Below are positions 6,995 through 15,886 of a DNA stretch of 24,000 bases, piece by piece. How positions within the stretch are numbered: the first letter of the stretch is position 1; the number at the start of each line of letters is the position of its first letter. The stretch lies in NCBI RefSeq assembly GCF_039520965.1, contig NZ_BAAABL010000042.1, positions 236,916 to 260,915 on the forward strand, read 5' to 3'. The DNA is from Halarchaeum salinum (GTDB lineage Archaea > Halobacteriota > Halobacteria > Halobacteriales > Halobacteriaceae). The notes under the pieces were generated by a model, which worked only from the letters and a program-made list of their open reading frames with translations, searched no databases and was not told where the DNA came from. Made by a program: the position numbers and the translations under genes.

Positions 6995-8056
6995 TCAGAG
7001 GTCGATGGCGAACGAGTCGCGCCCGGCGGCCCGGACGGCGAAGGCCGCGAGGAGGTCCGCGGCGGCGTCGAGGTCCTCCGTATTGACGACTTCCGCCGGC
7101 GTGTGCATGTACCGATTCGGGAGCCCGAGGTTGAGCGACGGGATCCCGCTCCGCGAGGTGTAGAAGGCGTCCGCGTCCGTCCCGGTGCGGATGCCCGTGG
7201 CCTGTAACTGGACGTCGATCCCCGCATCGTCCGCGGCGTCGCGGACCGCATCGACGACCGCGGTGTGGTTCGTCGACCCGCGCGCGACCACGGGCCCGTC
7301 ACCGAGCGCGATCTCGTTGTGCTTGTTACCGGGGAACTCGGGGTGGTCGGAGGCGTGCGTGACGTCGACGGCGACGGCCGCGTCCGGGTCGAGGTCGTAG
7401 CCCACCATCTTCGCGCCGGAGAGCCCGACCTCCTCTTGAACGGTCGAGACGGCGTAGACGGTCGATTCGGCACCGCGTTCGGCGGCGCGGCAGAGCGTCT
7501 CGGCGGCGACCCAGACGCCGACGCGGTTGTCGAGGCCGCGCGCGGTGAGCAGCGAGCCGCGGAGGGGGCTCGGCGTCTGCGCGAAGGTCACAGGATCGCC
7601 GATGTCGACGAGGTCGCGCGCTTCGTCCTCGTCCCCGGCCCCGATGTCGACGGTCATTTCCTCGATGTCGTCGTACTCGGTGTCGTCCTTGTCGCGGACG
7701 TGGATGGCGGCCTGCCCGATCACGCCGTTCACGGGGCCGTCGGCGGTATGGACGTGGACCTGTCGGGCCTTCGAGACGGAGCGATCGCTCCCGCCGACGG
7801 GTGAGAGGTGGAGGTAGCCGTCCGTGTTGATCGCCGAGACGACGAAACCGATTTCGTCCGCGTGGCCGCTGACCGCGAGTTCGGGGCCGTCGCCGCCGTC
7901 GTAGACCGCGATCGCGTTCCCGTAGTCGTCGGTGCGGACCTCGTCCGCGAACCGTTCGACGTAGTCGACCCAGACGCGCTGGGCGGGCGTCTCGAACCCC
8001 GAGGGACTCGCCGTCGCGAGCAGATTGGAGAGGAACTCCCGCTGGTCGTCGTGCAT
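6995..8056 (-). CDS. M42 family metallopeptidase (TET aminopeptidase / FrvX-like)
   Basis: MHDDQREFLSNLLATASPSGFE..., the motif SGHADEIGFVV, and LSPVGG. Start moved to the ATG at 8054-8056. Confidence 0.85.
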   Translation of the reverse strand: MHDDQREFLSNLLATASPSGFETPAQRVWVDYVERFADEVRTDDYGNAIAVYDGGDGPELAVSGHADEIGFVVSAINTDGYLHLSPVGGSDRSVSKARQVHVHTADGPVNGVIGQAAIHVRDKDDTEYDDIEEMTVDIGAGDEDEARDLVDIGDPVTFAQTPSPLRGSLLTARGLDNRVGVWVAAETLCRAAERGAESTVYAVSTVQEEVGLSGAKMVGYDLDPDAAVAVDVTHASDHPEFPGNKHNEIALGDGPVVARGSTNHTAVVDAVRDAADDAGIDVQLQATGIRTGTDADAFYTSRSGIPSLNLGLPNRYMHTPAEVVNTEDLDAAADLLAAFAVRAAGRDSFAIDL

Positions 8057-8232
8057 ATGGGTCGAGGTGGTCGGCGCGAGCAAGAAGCCACCGATACCCG
8101 TACCCTGCGCGGCCTTCCGTCTCGGGCCGTCCGCCACGATGGTGCGTCACCCGTCTCGTCGTCGCGTCACGTTGCTCCGCGGTCGGAACCCACGTCGGAA
8201 CCCACTTGTGTCGCCCGCGTTCACACGGAACC

Positions 8233-8490
8233 ATGAGTCTCATCGAGTTCCACGTTCACGACGGCCTCTCCTTCGAGGCCGACTTTAGCGGCGAGTCGAG
8301 CGACGACGTCGGTATCGCGCCCGTCGACGCCGGAAGCACGAACGAGACCGATGACCGTGAGGAGAGCGACACCGGCTGTGGCTGCGGCACATCGAAGGCA
8401 CTCGGTCTTCTCGTCGTCCTCGGCGTCCTCGCCGTCACCGGCCTCCTCGTCAAGCGGACGCTCGGCGGCGACGACGCCGGCGAGAACTGA
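8233..8490 (+). CDS. Small acidic protein with a single C-terminal transmembrane helix (tail-anchored), unknown function
   Basis: 85 aa: MSLIEFHVHDGLSFEADF...DTGCGCGTSKALGLLVVLGVLAVTGLLVKR. Third-position GC is strong. I recognise no family. Confidence 0.55.
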   Translation: MSLIEFHVHDGLSFEADFSGESSDDVGIAPVDAGSTNETDDREESDTGCGCGTSKALGLLVVLGVLAVTGLLVKRTLGGDDAGEN

Positions 8491-8527
8491 GGACAAGGCC
8501 TATCCCGACACGGCACCGATTTCGGAT

Positions 8528-9478
8528 ATGACACTCCTCGACAGCGCCCGCGCGGTCGCGGGTGCGTCCGGCGACGATGCCGTCGACTGGGCGGCGGTCG
8601 CCGATGCGGCCAAGAGCGCGACCGACCCTGGCGCGCTCGACCTCACACCCGCCGATCGCGAGGGGTACGCGAGCGACGTGCGGGCGGCACGCACGCGCAT
8701 CCGCGACGTCTCCGGCCTCGACTTCGACATCCCCGAGACCGTCGCCGTGCAGAATCGTCACCACTGGATCGACGCGAACGTCGAGACGTTCCGGCGCGCG
8801 TTCGAACCGCTCGAGCACGATGCGGCCTTCCCGGGCGTCGCACGGACGCTCAACACCGCGACGACCGCCGGGATGCTCTCCTTCGTCGCGAGCCGGGTGC
8901 TCGGCCAGTACGACCCTCTCCTGCTCGCGGAGGCCGACGACCACCGCCTCTACTTCGTCCACCCGAACATCGTCGGCGCAGCGACGACGATGAACGTCGC
9001 CTTCCCGCGCTTCCGGCGCTGGATCGCCTTCCACGAGGTGACGCACGCCGCCGAGTTCGGTGCCGCCCCGTGGCTTCGTGACCATCTCGAAACGCGACTG
9101 CGCGAAGGCGTTGCGGGGCTTTCCGAGGCCGAGCTCCATATCGAGGCCTTCAGCGATCTCCTGACGACGATGACCGCCGTCGAGGGATACGCTGAGCTCC
9201 TGATGGACCGGGCGTTCGACGACTCCTTCGACGACCTCCGCCGGAAGCTCGACGAGCGTCGCGACGAGGAGGGCCCTCTTGGGGGCCTCCTCAAGCGCCT
9301 GCTTGGCTTCCACCTCAAACGGGAGCAGTACGAGCGCGGGAAGGCCTTCTTCGACGCCGTCGCGGACGCCCGCGACGTCGCGACCGCGGGGCTCGTCTGG
9401 GAGTCGCCAGACCACCTCCCGAGCGACGCTGAACTCGACGAGCCGATGCGCTGGGTCGCGCGCGTCGCCGGTAACTGA
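8528..9478 (+). CDS. Zinc-dependent metalloprotease, zincin-like (DUF2342-type)
   Basis: HExxH motif in AFHEVTHAAEF. The overall pattern (HHWIDANV, LGQYDPLL, YFVHPN) matches my memory of the DUF2342/Zincin_2 family. Start set at the ATG at 8528. Confidence 0.75.
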   Translation: MTLLDSARAVAGASGDDAVDWAAVADAAKSATDPGALDLTPADREGYASDVRAARTRIRDVSGLDFDIPETVAVQNRHHWIDANVETFRRAFEPLEHDAAFPGVARTLNTATTAGMLSFVASRVLGQYDPLLLAEADDHRLYFVHPNIVGAATTMNVAFPRFRRWIAFHEVTHAAEFGAAPWLRDHLETRLREGVAGLSEAELHIEAFSDLLTTMTAVEGYAELLMDRAFDDSFDDLRRKLDERRDEEGPLGGLLKRLLGFHLKREQYERGKAFFDAVADARDVATAGLVWESPDHLPSDAELDEPMRWVARVAGN

Positions 9479-9631
9479 GCCGCACGCGCCACAGTCCGGC
9501 CCCCATCCCTGACACCCACGAGACGCTCGACCGCGGGGACATCGCCGACCACGACGGTACCGATCGGCTCGTCTCGGCGCACGTCGACTCGAAGGGGGGT
9601 GGTTGGCAGATCTTCGACGACTAGCGACAGC

Positions 9632-9638
9632 GTTTTTC
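9632..9638 (+). promoter_or_regulatory. TATA-like box for the Dna2-like gene (GTTTTTC)
   Basis: Lies at -24..-30 from the GTG at 9662. Confidence 0.4.
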
Positions 9639-9661
9639 GCCGGCCGCGACTACCTCTTTGC

Positions 9662-12307
9662 GTGACTATTCGGGGGACGGTGACGGACGTCGGCGACGTG
9701 CGCGCGGTCAGCACGAAGTACGGCGAGCGCGACCTCGCGGAGGTGACGCTTGAGCCCGGCGACTCGGTCCCGAAGACGGTGACGCTCTGGGGGAAGTGGA
9801 CGGAGACCGCCGACTACCTCGAACCGGGGATGGAGCTCCTCTTAACCGATCCCGAGGAGCGCGAGTGGAACGGCGAGACGCAGTATTCGACGTCGAAGGG
9901 CTCCTACGTCGTCGTCGAACCCGACTACCTCGTCGACGTGACCGATATACGCGAATGGGTGCAGTGTCCCCGCCAGTACTACCTCTCGAAGCTCTCGGGG
10001 CTCCCGCTCAAATACCCCGTCGCGAAGGGGACGCTCGTCCACGAGGTGTTCGGCGACCTCCTGCGTGGCCGGGACCTCGACGACGCCATCGACGACGCGG
10101 TGGACGACGCCGGCCTCGAACTCGGCCTGCTCGGCGAGGACCCCGATTCGGTCCGCGAGGAGGTGCGCCAGCACGCCTCGGCCATCGAGGGGTGGCTGAA
10201 TCAGGGCCTCCTCACCGAGGAAGACGACTGGCGCTCCGAGTACACGCTCATCTCGGACACCTTCGGAATCAAGGGCCGCTGTGACGCGATTCGGCGCGGG
10301 ATGCCGGTCGAGTTGAAGACCGGGAAGAACACGAACCGCGATCCGCGCTTCCACGACAAGATCCAGGCGGCCTGCTACGCCCTGCTGCTCGAGGAGCGCG
10401 GCGTCGAGGCCGACACCGGGACGCTGCTCTACACGAAGAACGCCGCGGTCGATCGCGGTGAGGAGAGCGGCGACCTCTCGCCCGCAAAGGAGTTCTCGAT
10501 CGGGTCCGGACTCCTGGAGTTCGTCGTCCGCTCGCGCAATCGCCTCGCCGCGATGGAGCACGGGATGAGCGTGCCCACGGGCAAGGAGTCGAACGCGAAG
10601 TGCGAATACTGCTTCGAGCAGGACGCCTGCATGGTCGTCTCGGGGCGACTCGATCAGGAGTCGAAGGCCGGACAGATCGGTTCGATGCTCCCCGAGGGCG
10701 AGCGCGACTACTTCGAGGAGCTCTACGAGGCGATCGAGGCCGAGCGCCGCGAGATCCACGCGGAGTACGCGAAGCTCTGGAAGCAGAGTCCCGAGGAACG
10801 CGCCGCCGACGATCGCGCCGTTATCGACCTCGAACCGGCCGGCCGGGAGGAACTCGTCGATGGCGGCTGGCGACTGCGCGCGCGTCGCCCATCCGCGGCG
10901 TCCTCGAAGATCCGTGAGGGCGATCGCGTGCTCGCGAGCGACGGCGACCCCATTCAGGGTACCGCGGAGATGGGCCGCGTCGAGCGCCTCGACGAGGAGC
11001 GTGTGGTCGTCACGACGGACGAACCGCTCGACCTCCGTCGCCTCGACGTCTACCCCTCCGAGCTCTCCGTCTCGCGGATGCTCACCGCGCTCCACGACTT
11101 CGTCCTGAAGGGCGACGAGCGCCGCAAGGACGTCCTCTTCGGCCGGGAGGCACCGACGTTCGACGACACGGCACACGACGTCGTCCCGAACAACGACGCC
11201 CAAAACGCGGCGGTGGATCGGGCGCTGAACGCCGACGACTTCGCGCTGATCCACGGCCCGCCCGGCACCGGCAAGACGTACACCATCGCGACGCTCGTCC
11301 GGGAGTTCATCGCGCGCGGCGATCGCGTCCTCTTATCCGCGTTCACGAACCGCGCGGTCGACAACGCCCTGGAAGCCATCGAGGAGCAGGACATCGCGGA
11401 CATCGTCCGCGTCGGCACCGAGACGGGGGTGCGCGAGGACATGCAGGAGTACCGACTCGAAAACGCCGGCGGGCCACACGAGCAGGCCGACCGGCTCGGC
11501 GCGGCGTCGCTCGTCGCCGCCACCACCGCGACCTGCGGGTCGCGCGTGATGCGTTCACAGTCGTTCGATGTCGTGCTCGTCGACGAGGCGAGCCAGCTCA
11601 CCGAACCCGGTGCGCTCGCGGCGATCAACAGGGGCGCGAAATTCGTGCTCGTCGGCGACCACCACCAACTGCCGCCGGTCGTCCAGGCCGGCGGGCGACT
11701 CACCACGTCGCTCTTCGAGCGCCTCATCGAGGAGCACCCGGAAGCCGGCGTTCTCCTCGAGAGCCAATACCGGATGCGCCAGCAGATCCAGGCGTTCTCC
11801 TCGACGGAGTTCTACGAGGGACGGCTCCGCCCGGCGAACGGTGCGGTGGCGACGCAGTCGCTCACCGACCTCGGCGTCGATTCCGAGCACACCGACGTCG
11901 TCGACGGCGTCGGCTTCGTGGACGTGACTGGCACCACGGACGCACACGTCGATCCGCAGGAGGCCGAGCGCGTCGCGGAGATCGTCGAGCGCTATCTCGA
12001 CGGCGGCCTCGAGCGTTCGCAGATCGGCGTCATCGCGCCGTTCCGCGCGCAAGTCGGCGAGATCGGCCGTCGCGTCCCCGAGGGCGTCGCGGTCGACACC
12101 GTCGATCGCTTCCAGGGTTCCTCGAAGGAGGTCATCGTCGTCTCGTTCGTCGCCACGGGCGCGCTCGATGGCCCGATCTTCGAGGATTACCGCCGACTGA
12201 ACGTCGCGATGTCGCGGGCCAAAAAGGCGCTCGTGCTCGTGGGCGATGCGGCCGCGCTGCGGACGGACGACTTCTACGCGCGGATGCTCGACTGGGCGCG
12301 CCGCTGA
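9662..12307 (+). CDS. dna2: Dna2-like nuclease-helicase (N-terminal OB fold, Cas4/RecB-family Fe-S nuclease, SF1B helicase)
   Basis: OB-like N-terminus TIRGTVTDVGDVRAV. Nuclease motifs are QCPRQYY, GRCDAI...VELKTGK, QAACYALLL and CEYCFEQDAC. Helicase motifs are GPPGTGKT, VLVDEASQL, GDHHQLPPV, QYRM, VDRFQGSSKE and NVAMSRAK. The ORF track starts at GTG 9599; I prefer GTG 9662. Confidence 0.85.
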   Translation: MTIRGTVTDVGDVRAVSTKYGERDLAEVTLEPGDSVPKTVTLWGKWTETADYLEPGMELLLTDPEEREWNGETQYSTSKGSYVVVEPDYLVDVTDIREWVQCPRQYYLSKLSGLPLKYPVAKGTLVHEVFGDLLRGRDLDDAIDDAVDDAGLELGLLGEDPDSVREEVRQHASAIEGWLNQGLLTEEDDWRSEYTLISDTFGIKGRCDAIRRGMPVELKTGKNTNRDPRFHDKIQAACYALLLEERGVEADTGTLLYTKNAAVDRGEESGDLSPAKEFSIGSGLLEFVVRSRNRLAAMEHGMSVPTGKESNAKCEYCFEQDACMVVSGRLDQESKAGQIGSMLPEGERDYFEELYEAIEAERREIHAEYAKLWKQSPEERAADDRAVIDLEPAGREELVDGGWRLRARRPSAASSKIREGDRVLASDGDPIQGTAEMGRVERLDEERVVVTTDEPLDLRRLDVYPSELSVSRMLTALHDFVLKGDERRKDVLFGREAPTFDDTAHDVVPNNDAQNAAVDRALNADDFALIHGPPGTGKTYTIATLVREFIARGDRVLLSAFTNRAVDNALEAIEEQDIADIVRVGTETGVREDMQEYRLENAGGPHEQADRLGAASLVAATTATCGSRVMRSQSFDVVLVDEASQLTEPGALAAINRGAKFVLVGDHHQLPPVVQAGGRLTTSLFERLIEEHPEAGVLLESQYRMRQQIQAFSSTEFYEGRLRPANGAVATQSLTDLGVDSEHTDVVDGVGFVDVTGTTDAHVDPQEAERVAEIVERYLDGGLERSQIGVIAPFRAQVGEIGRRVPEGVAVDTVDRFQGSSKEVIVVSFVATGALDGPIFEDYRRLNVAMSRAKKALVLVGDAAALRTDDFYARMLDWARR

Positions 12308-12370
12308 AGGACGGGAGTCGAAGCCGTCCGCCTCGGTGACGGGAGTTTCGACGCGACCGTGTGTGGGCCG

Positions 12371-13438
12371 TCAGTTCAGCCGATACCGAAGGAGCGCCGC
12401 GATCCCGCCGAGGTTCCGCAGTCGCTCGCCGGGCGCGAACTCGTGGCTGAACACCGTCACGTCGCCGCCCTGCTGTTCGACGGTCGTGATGACGTCGTTG
12501 ATATCGACGTCCCAATCGCCCTCGTCCGCGCGCTCCTTGCGCAGGCGCTCGTCGAGGACGAGCAGCGTCTCGACCGCGCCGAAGTCGGCGGCTTTCGCTA
12601 CCTCCTCGATCCCGTACGCGACGGGTTCGTCCGTCCCGAGTCGCTCCATCAGTTCGTCGATCAGCTCGGACTCCTCGGCGATGCGCGTCTCGGCCTGCAC
12701 GTCCTCGACGGCACCGCGTTTCAGGACCTCGTGGACGCCGCGCCCGCCCGCAGCGGACGTATCGACAGTCGTGACGCGCTCGACGAACGCCATGTTCTGC
12801 TCCTCGAAGTAGCTGAGGGCGTCCTGCTTCGTGAACCCCGGTCCGGCGAGGATGACCGCGTCCGGATCCATGCGCTCTATGGCTTGCCCGAGTTCGGCGA
12901 ACAACTCTTCGCGCCCGCGCGCGTACTCGCCCTTCCCCGTGGTGCCCGTGAACGACCCGGACTCGTCGACGCCGTACTGCTGGACCGTGTGGATGTACGC
13001 CTCACCCTCCTCGATCGTTGCGATGGCGACCTCGGGCTGGTCGGCCGCCTCGACGGCCTCCTCGACGCGCGCGATCTGATCGGGCTTCCAGACTTTCGTG
13101 ACCTCGATCTCGTCGACCTCCTCGACGTTCAGCGTGTGGTGGAGCCCGAGTTGGTCCTCGCGCGAGCAGTCGTCGATGACGCCCGAGACGCGCAGACGGT
13201 TGGCGAACTTGTGGAACTCGACCTCCTCGACGTCGAGGGCGATCCACATCGGCTCGCGCTGTCCGCCCGTATCGCGCATCTGGTCGTCCGCGCGCTGGAT
13301 GCGTCGCGTCGTGTCGCCCGACACGCGATCGCCGGGTTCGAGGACGTACGCGAGATGCCAGAGGTCGTCGAGGCTCTCCGGGACGAGCACCAACTTCTCG
13401 CGCCCAGCCTCGCGGGCCTCACGCTCCTTGATCTGCAT
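12371..13438 (-). CDS. pelA: mRNA surveillance / ribosome rescue factor Pelota
   Basis: 355 aa. N-terminus [26 protein letters not shown], followed by central and eRF1-like C-terminal domains. Confidence 0.92.
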   Translation of the reverse strand: MQIKEREAREAGREKLVLVPESLDDLWHLAYVLEPGDRVSGDTTRRIQRADDQMRDTGGQREPMWIALDVEEVEFHKFANRLRVSGVIDDCSREDQLGLHHTLNVEEVDEIEVTKVWKPDQIARVEEAVEAADQPEVAIATIEEGEAYIHTVQQYGVDESGSFTGTTGKGEYARGREELFAELGQAIERMDPDAVILAGPGFTKQDALSYFEEQNMAFVERVTTVDTSAAGGRGVHEVLKRGAVEDVQAETRIAEESELIDELMERLGTDEPVAYGIEEVAKAADFGAVETLLVLDERLRKERADEGDWDVDINDVITTVEQQGGDVTVFSHEFAPGERLRNLGGIAALLRYRLN

Positions 13439-13525
13439 ACGTTCGGATCCGGGGGCACGGGCCTTGTGTCCTGCTACTCGAACGTCGCGGGAGGGGATCG
13501 GTGTCGGCGACGTCGTCGGTTCGCG

Positions 13526-15724
13526 CTACTCGTCGGCGATCCGGCTCCCATCCGGCGGCATGAACTTCTGGATCTCGTCGGGCGAGGCGACCTTCCGGAC
13601 GAACGACTCGTCGGCGAAGCGCTCGCGGAACGTCCGGTACACCCGCTTTGCGGCGTCGCCTTGCGCGAACTTCCCGGGTTCGAGGTCGACGGTCGTCTCC
13701 GCCTGTCCCTCGATGGCCGACGGCGGCCCGCCGACGACGCGCGTTGAGGGCTCGCAGGTGATACCGACCGCGCAGCTGACGGGCGTGTTCTCGAAGTACG
13801 TCCGGTCGCCGCGGATCGTGAAGCCGCCCTTCGAGAGGTATTCGCCCGATTCGGCGGTCTTCGACACCTGGTCGGGCATCACCATGTAGGCATCGCCCGC
13901 GCCCCGGCCGTCCTTCCACACCGAGGAGTAGGTGACGGCGAACTGCGCGGCCTCCTCGAGCGATCGATCGGGCACCTCGATGTCCTGGGAGGGCTCGCTC
14001 GGCGCGGAGGTCTTGAGGACCGTCACGGGCCCGCCGTGGGCCTGCGCGTGGAAGAACCGGTCGTAGCCGTCCATGTACTTTTCGACGATCTCCTCGTTCT
14101 GGTCGGCGTTCCGGCCGCCGATCACGAGGAACCCATCGGACGTGCGGAACCACCGGAAGCGATCGTACCACTGCTCTTGCTTGCGCACCGGGATCGACGA
14201 GCGGGAGAGCCAGTCGATGTCCTCGGGTTCCGCTTCCTCCTCGGGTTCTTCTTCCCCGTGCTCCTCCTCGCTCCACTCCTCGCGACGCCCTTTCCACTCC
14301 TCGAGCTCCTCGCGGGTGTTCTCGATCGCTGCGAGCGCGCCCTCCTTCTTTTCCTGGACGCGCTTTGCCTCCCGATAGAGGGCGTCCGCGTTCTTCTCGA
14401 CGCCCGCGTCGGGGTCGAGGCCGATCGTGTGGCCGTCGAGGCGCAGTTTCACGAGACCGTTCTCCGGGTCGACGCCGACGACGTGCTCGGCGGCCTCGAT
14501 GCCCTGCTCTTTGCCCTCCGCGAAGCGTTCCTCGACGTCGTCCCAGCCGTAGCCCGCCGCGAGAGCCTCTCGGACCGTCGAGAGCACGTCATCGACGAGG
14601 TCATAGCGCTCGTAGAGCAGCTCGGCCTTCTCGCGTTCTTCTTCGGCCTGCTCCTCGAATTTCTCGATCGCGCCCTCCTGCTGTTCGATGATCCGCTTTC
14701 GCTTGGCGATCTCCTCCTCGAAGGCGGGCTTGTTCGCCGTCTCCTCCGACCCCTCATCGACCTCCGTGTCGAGGTTCGTGAAGTAGTCGTCGAGGGCGGC
14801 GTTGAACGAGTCGAACGCCTCCGCGGGGAGGTCGGCGCGTTCCTCCAGGGGAAGCGGCGTCACGTCGATGCGCCGGCCCTTCTCCCTCTCGTCCGTCTCC
14901 GCTTCGTTCTCGCCCGTCTCGGCCTGCTCACTGCTCTCGGCCTCCTCGCCCTTCCCATCGCCATCCGCGTCGGCGCGCTCGTAGTAGACTCGGGGATCGG
15001 TGTGCCCGGCCTGTACGTCGTCGAGGAGACGCTCGGTCGCCTCGTAGAGCGCCTCGAAATCCGACTCGTCGGCGTCGTCGATGTCCTTCGTCTTCTCGAC
15101 GCCGGCGCGCGTACAGAGTTCCTCGCCGTAGAGCCCGCCGAAGTTGAGCTGGGTCGCCACCGTCCGCACGAGGTCGGTGTCGGATTGGCGCATCCGCTCC
15201 GCGAACCCCTCGTAGTCGAGTTCGAGGGGGTTCACGCGCGACTGCGGGAAGCCGTACTGGCTCCCCGGCGCGACCGTTCGGGACTTCAGGCGCACGGTCT
15301 CGAGGCTGTCGACGACCTCGCCGTTCTGGTCGAGGACGGCGATGTTGCCGTCGCCGAACAGCTCCGCGACGATGGTGGTGTCCTGGTCCTCGCGGCGGAA
15401 CTCGAACTCAAGGATGCGATCGAAGCCGTGCTGGCGCACCTCGTGGAGGTTCGCCCCGGAGAGGCGGTTGCGAAGCATCTTTGCGAAGTTCGGCGGCCGC
15501 CCGGGTGCGTTCGGCACGTGCTCGGGACGCGCGACGTTCGCGCGTTTCGTGTCCCCGACCTCGAGGAGGAGTTCCACGCGGCCCTCGTCGAAGTCTCGCA
15601 TCTTCAGGCGGACGAGGTCGTCGCCGTAGAGATAGGCCTTATCGACCACCGCGCCCGCATAGCCGTTCAACTCGGCGGTGAGGGCGACGAGGTCGACGCT
15701 CGTCAGTTCCCGCTTCTCGTCCAT
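13526..15724 (-). CDS. rqcH: Ribosome quality-control factor RqcH/NEMF homologue (NFACT-N, coiled coil, NFACT-R/DUF814)
   Basis: 732 aa. FbpA/NFACT-N-like N-terminus (LTSVDLVALTAELN...), a long Glu-rich coiled coil, and a DUF814 region (WFRTSDGFLVIGGRNADQNE...FFHAQAHGGP). Confidence 0.88.
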   Translation of the reverse strand: MDEKRELTSVDLVALTAELNGYAGAVVDKAYLYGDDLVRLKMRDFDEGRVELLLEVGDTKRANVARPEHVPNAPGRPPNFAKMLRNRLSGANLHEVRQHGFDRILEFEFRREDQDTTIVAELFGDGNIAVLDQNGEVVDSLETVRLKSRTVAPGSQYGFPQSRVNPLELDYEGFAERMRQSDTDLVRTVATQLNFGGLYGEELCTRAGVEKTKDIDDADESDFEALYEATERLLDDVQAGHTDPRVYYERADADGDGKGEEAESSEQAETGENEAETDEREKGRRIDVTPLPLEERADLPAEAFDSFNAALDDYFTNLDTEVDEGSEETANKPAFEEEIAKRKRIIEQQEGAIEKFEEQAEEEREKAELLYERYDLVDDVLSTVREALAAGYGWDDVEERFAEGKEQGIEAAEHVVGVDPENGLVKLRLDGHTIGLDPDAGVEKNADALYREAKRVQEKKEGALAAIENTREELEEWKGRREEWSEEEHGEEEPEEEAEPEDIDWLSRSSIPVRKQEQWYDRFRWFRTSDGFLVIGGRNADQNEEIVEKYMDGYDRFFHAQAHGGPVTVLKTSAPSEPSQDIEVPDRSLEEAAQFAVTYSSVWKDGRGAGDAYMVMPDQVSKTAESGEYLSKGGFTIRGDRTYFENTPVSCAVGITCEPSTRVVGGPPSAIEGQAETTVDLEPGKFAQGDAAKRVYRTFRERFADESFVRKVASPDEIQKFMPPDGSRIADE

Positions 15725-15750
15725 GATATCGGTTGTAGGGGCGTCCCACT

Positions 15751-15758
15751 CTTTTGTA
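15751..15758 (-). promoter_or_regulatory. TATA-like box for rqcH (TACAAAAG on the minus strand)
   Basis: Lies at -27..-34 from the ATG at 15724. Confidence 0.4.
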
Positions 15759-15886
15759 CTGTGATCCCCACGGCACTACGGAACGGAGCGGTCAGAGACG
15801 ACCGACGCGTCGGAACCGCATCACGCGAGCGCCCCGCGGACGCGAGAGCCCCTACCTCTTTGCCGTCCCGTGTCGATACATCGCGC

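Noticed and set aside
9650-9661. Exact 12-mer ctacctctttgc shared upstream of dna2 (9650-9661) and panE (15852-15863).
   Set aside because: Roughly a dozen or more exact 12-mer coincidences are expected in 24 kb. The two copies also sit at different distances from their start codons.
9842-11254. Long ORFs antisense to real genes. Examples: 9842..11254(-), 12359..13747(+), 14036..15886(+), 17095..18897(+), 19045..20568(+), 20629..22059(+), 2287..3066(+), 8450..9415(-), 15821..16909(-), 22383..23117(-).
   Set aside because: High-GC genomes with GC-rich third positions leave the opposite strand almost free of stop codons. The translations are low-complexity (V/D/E/R/G-rich) with no recognisable motifs, while the sense-strand genes carry clear family signatures.
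12309-12329. Small hairpin GGACGG-n9-CCGTCC between the convergent dna2 and pelota genes.
   Set aside because: A 6-bp GC stem is unremarkable at this GC content and has no adjacent T-run, so I cannot support it as a terminator.
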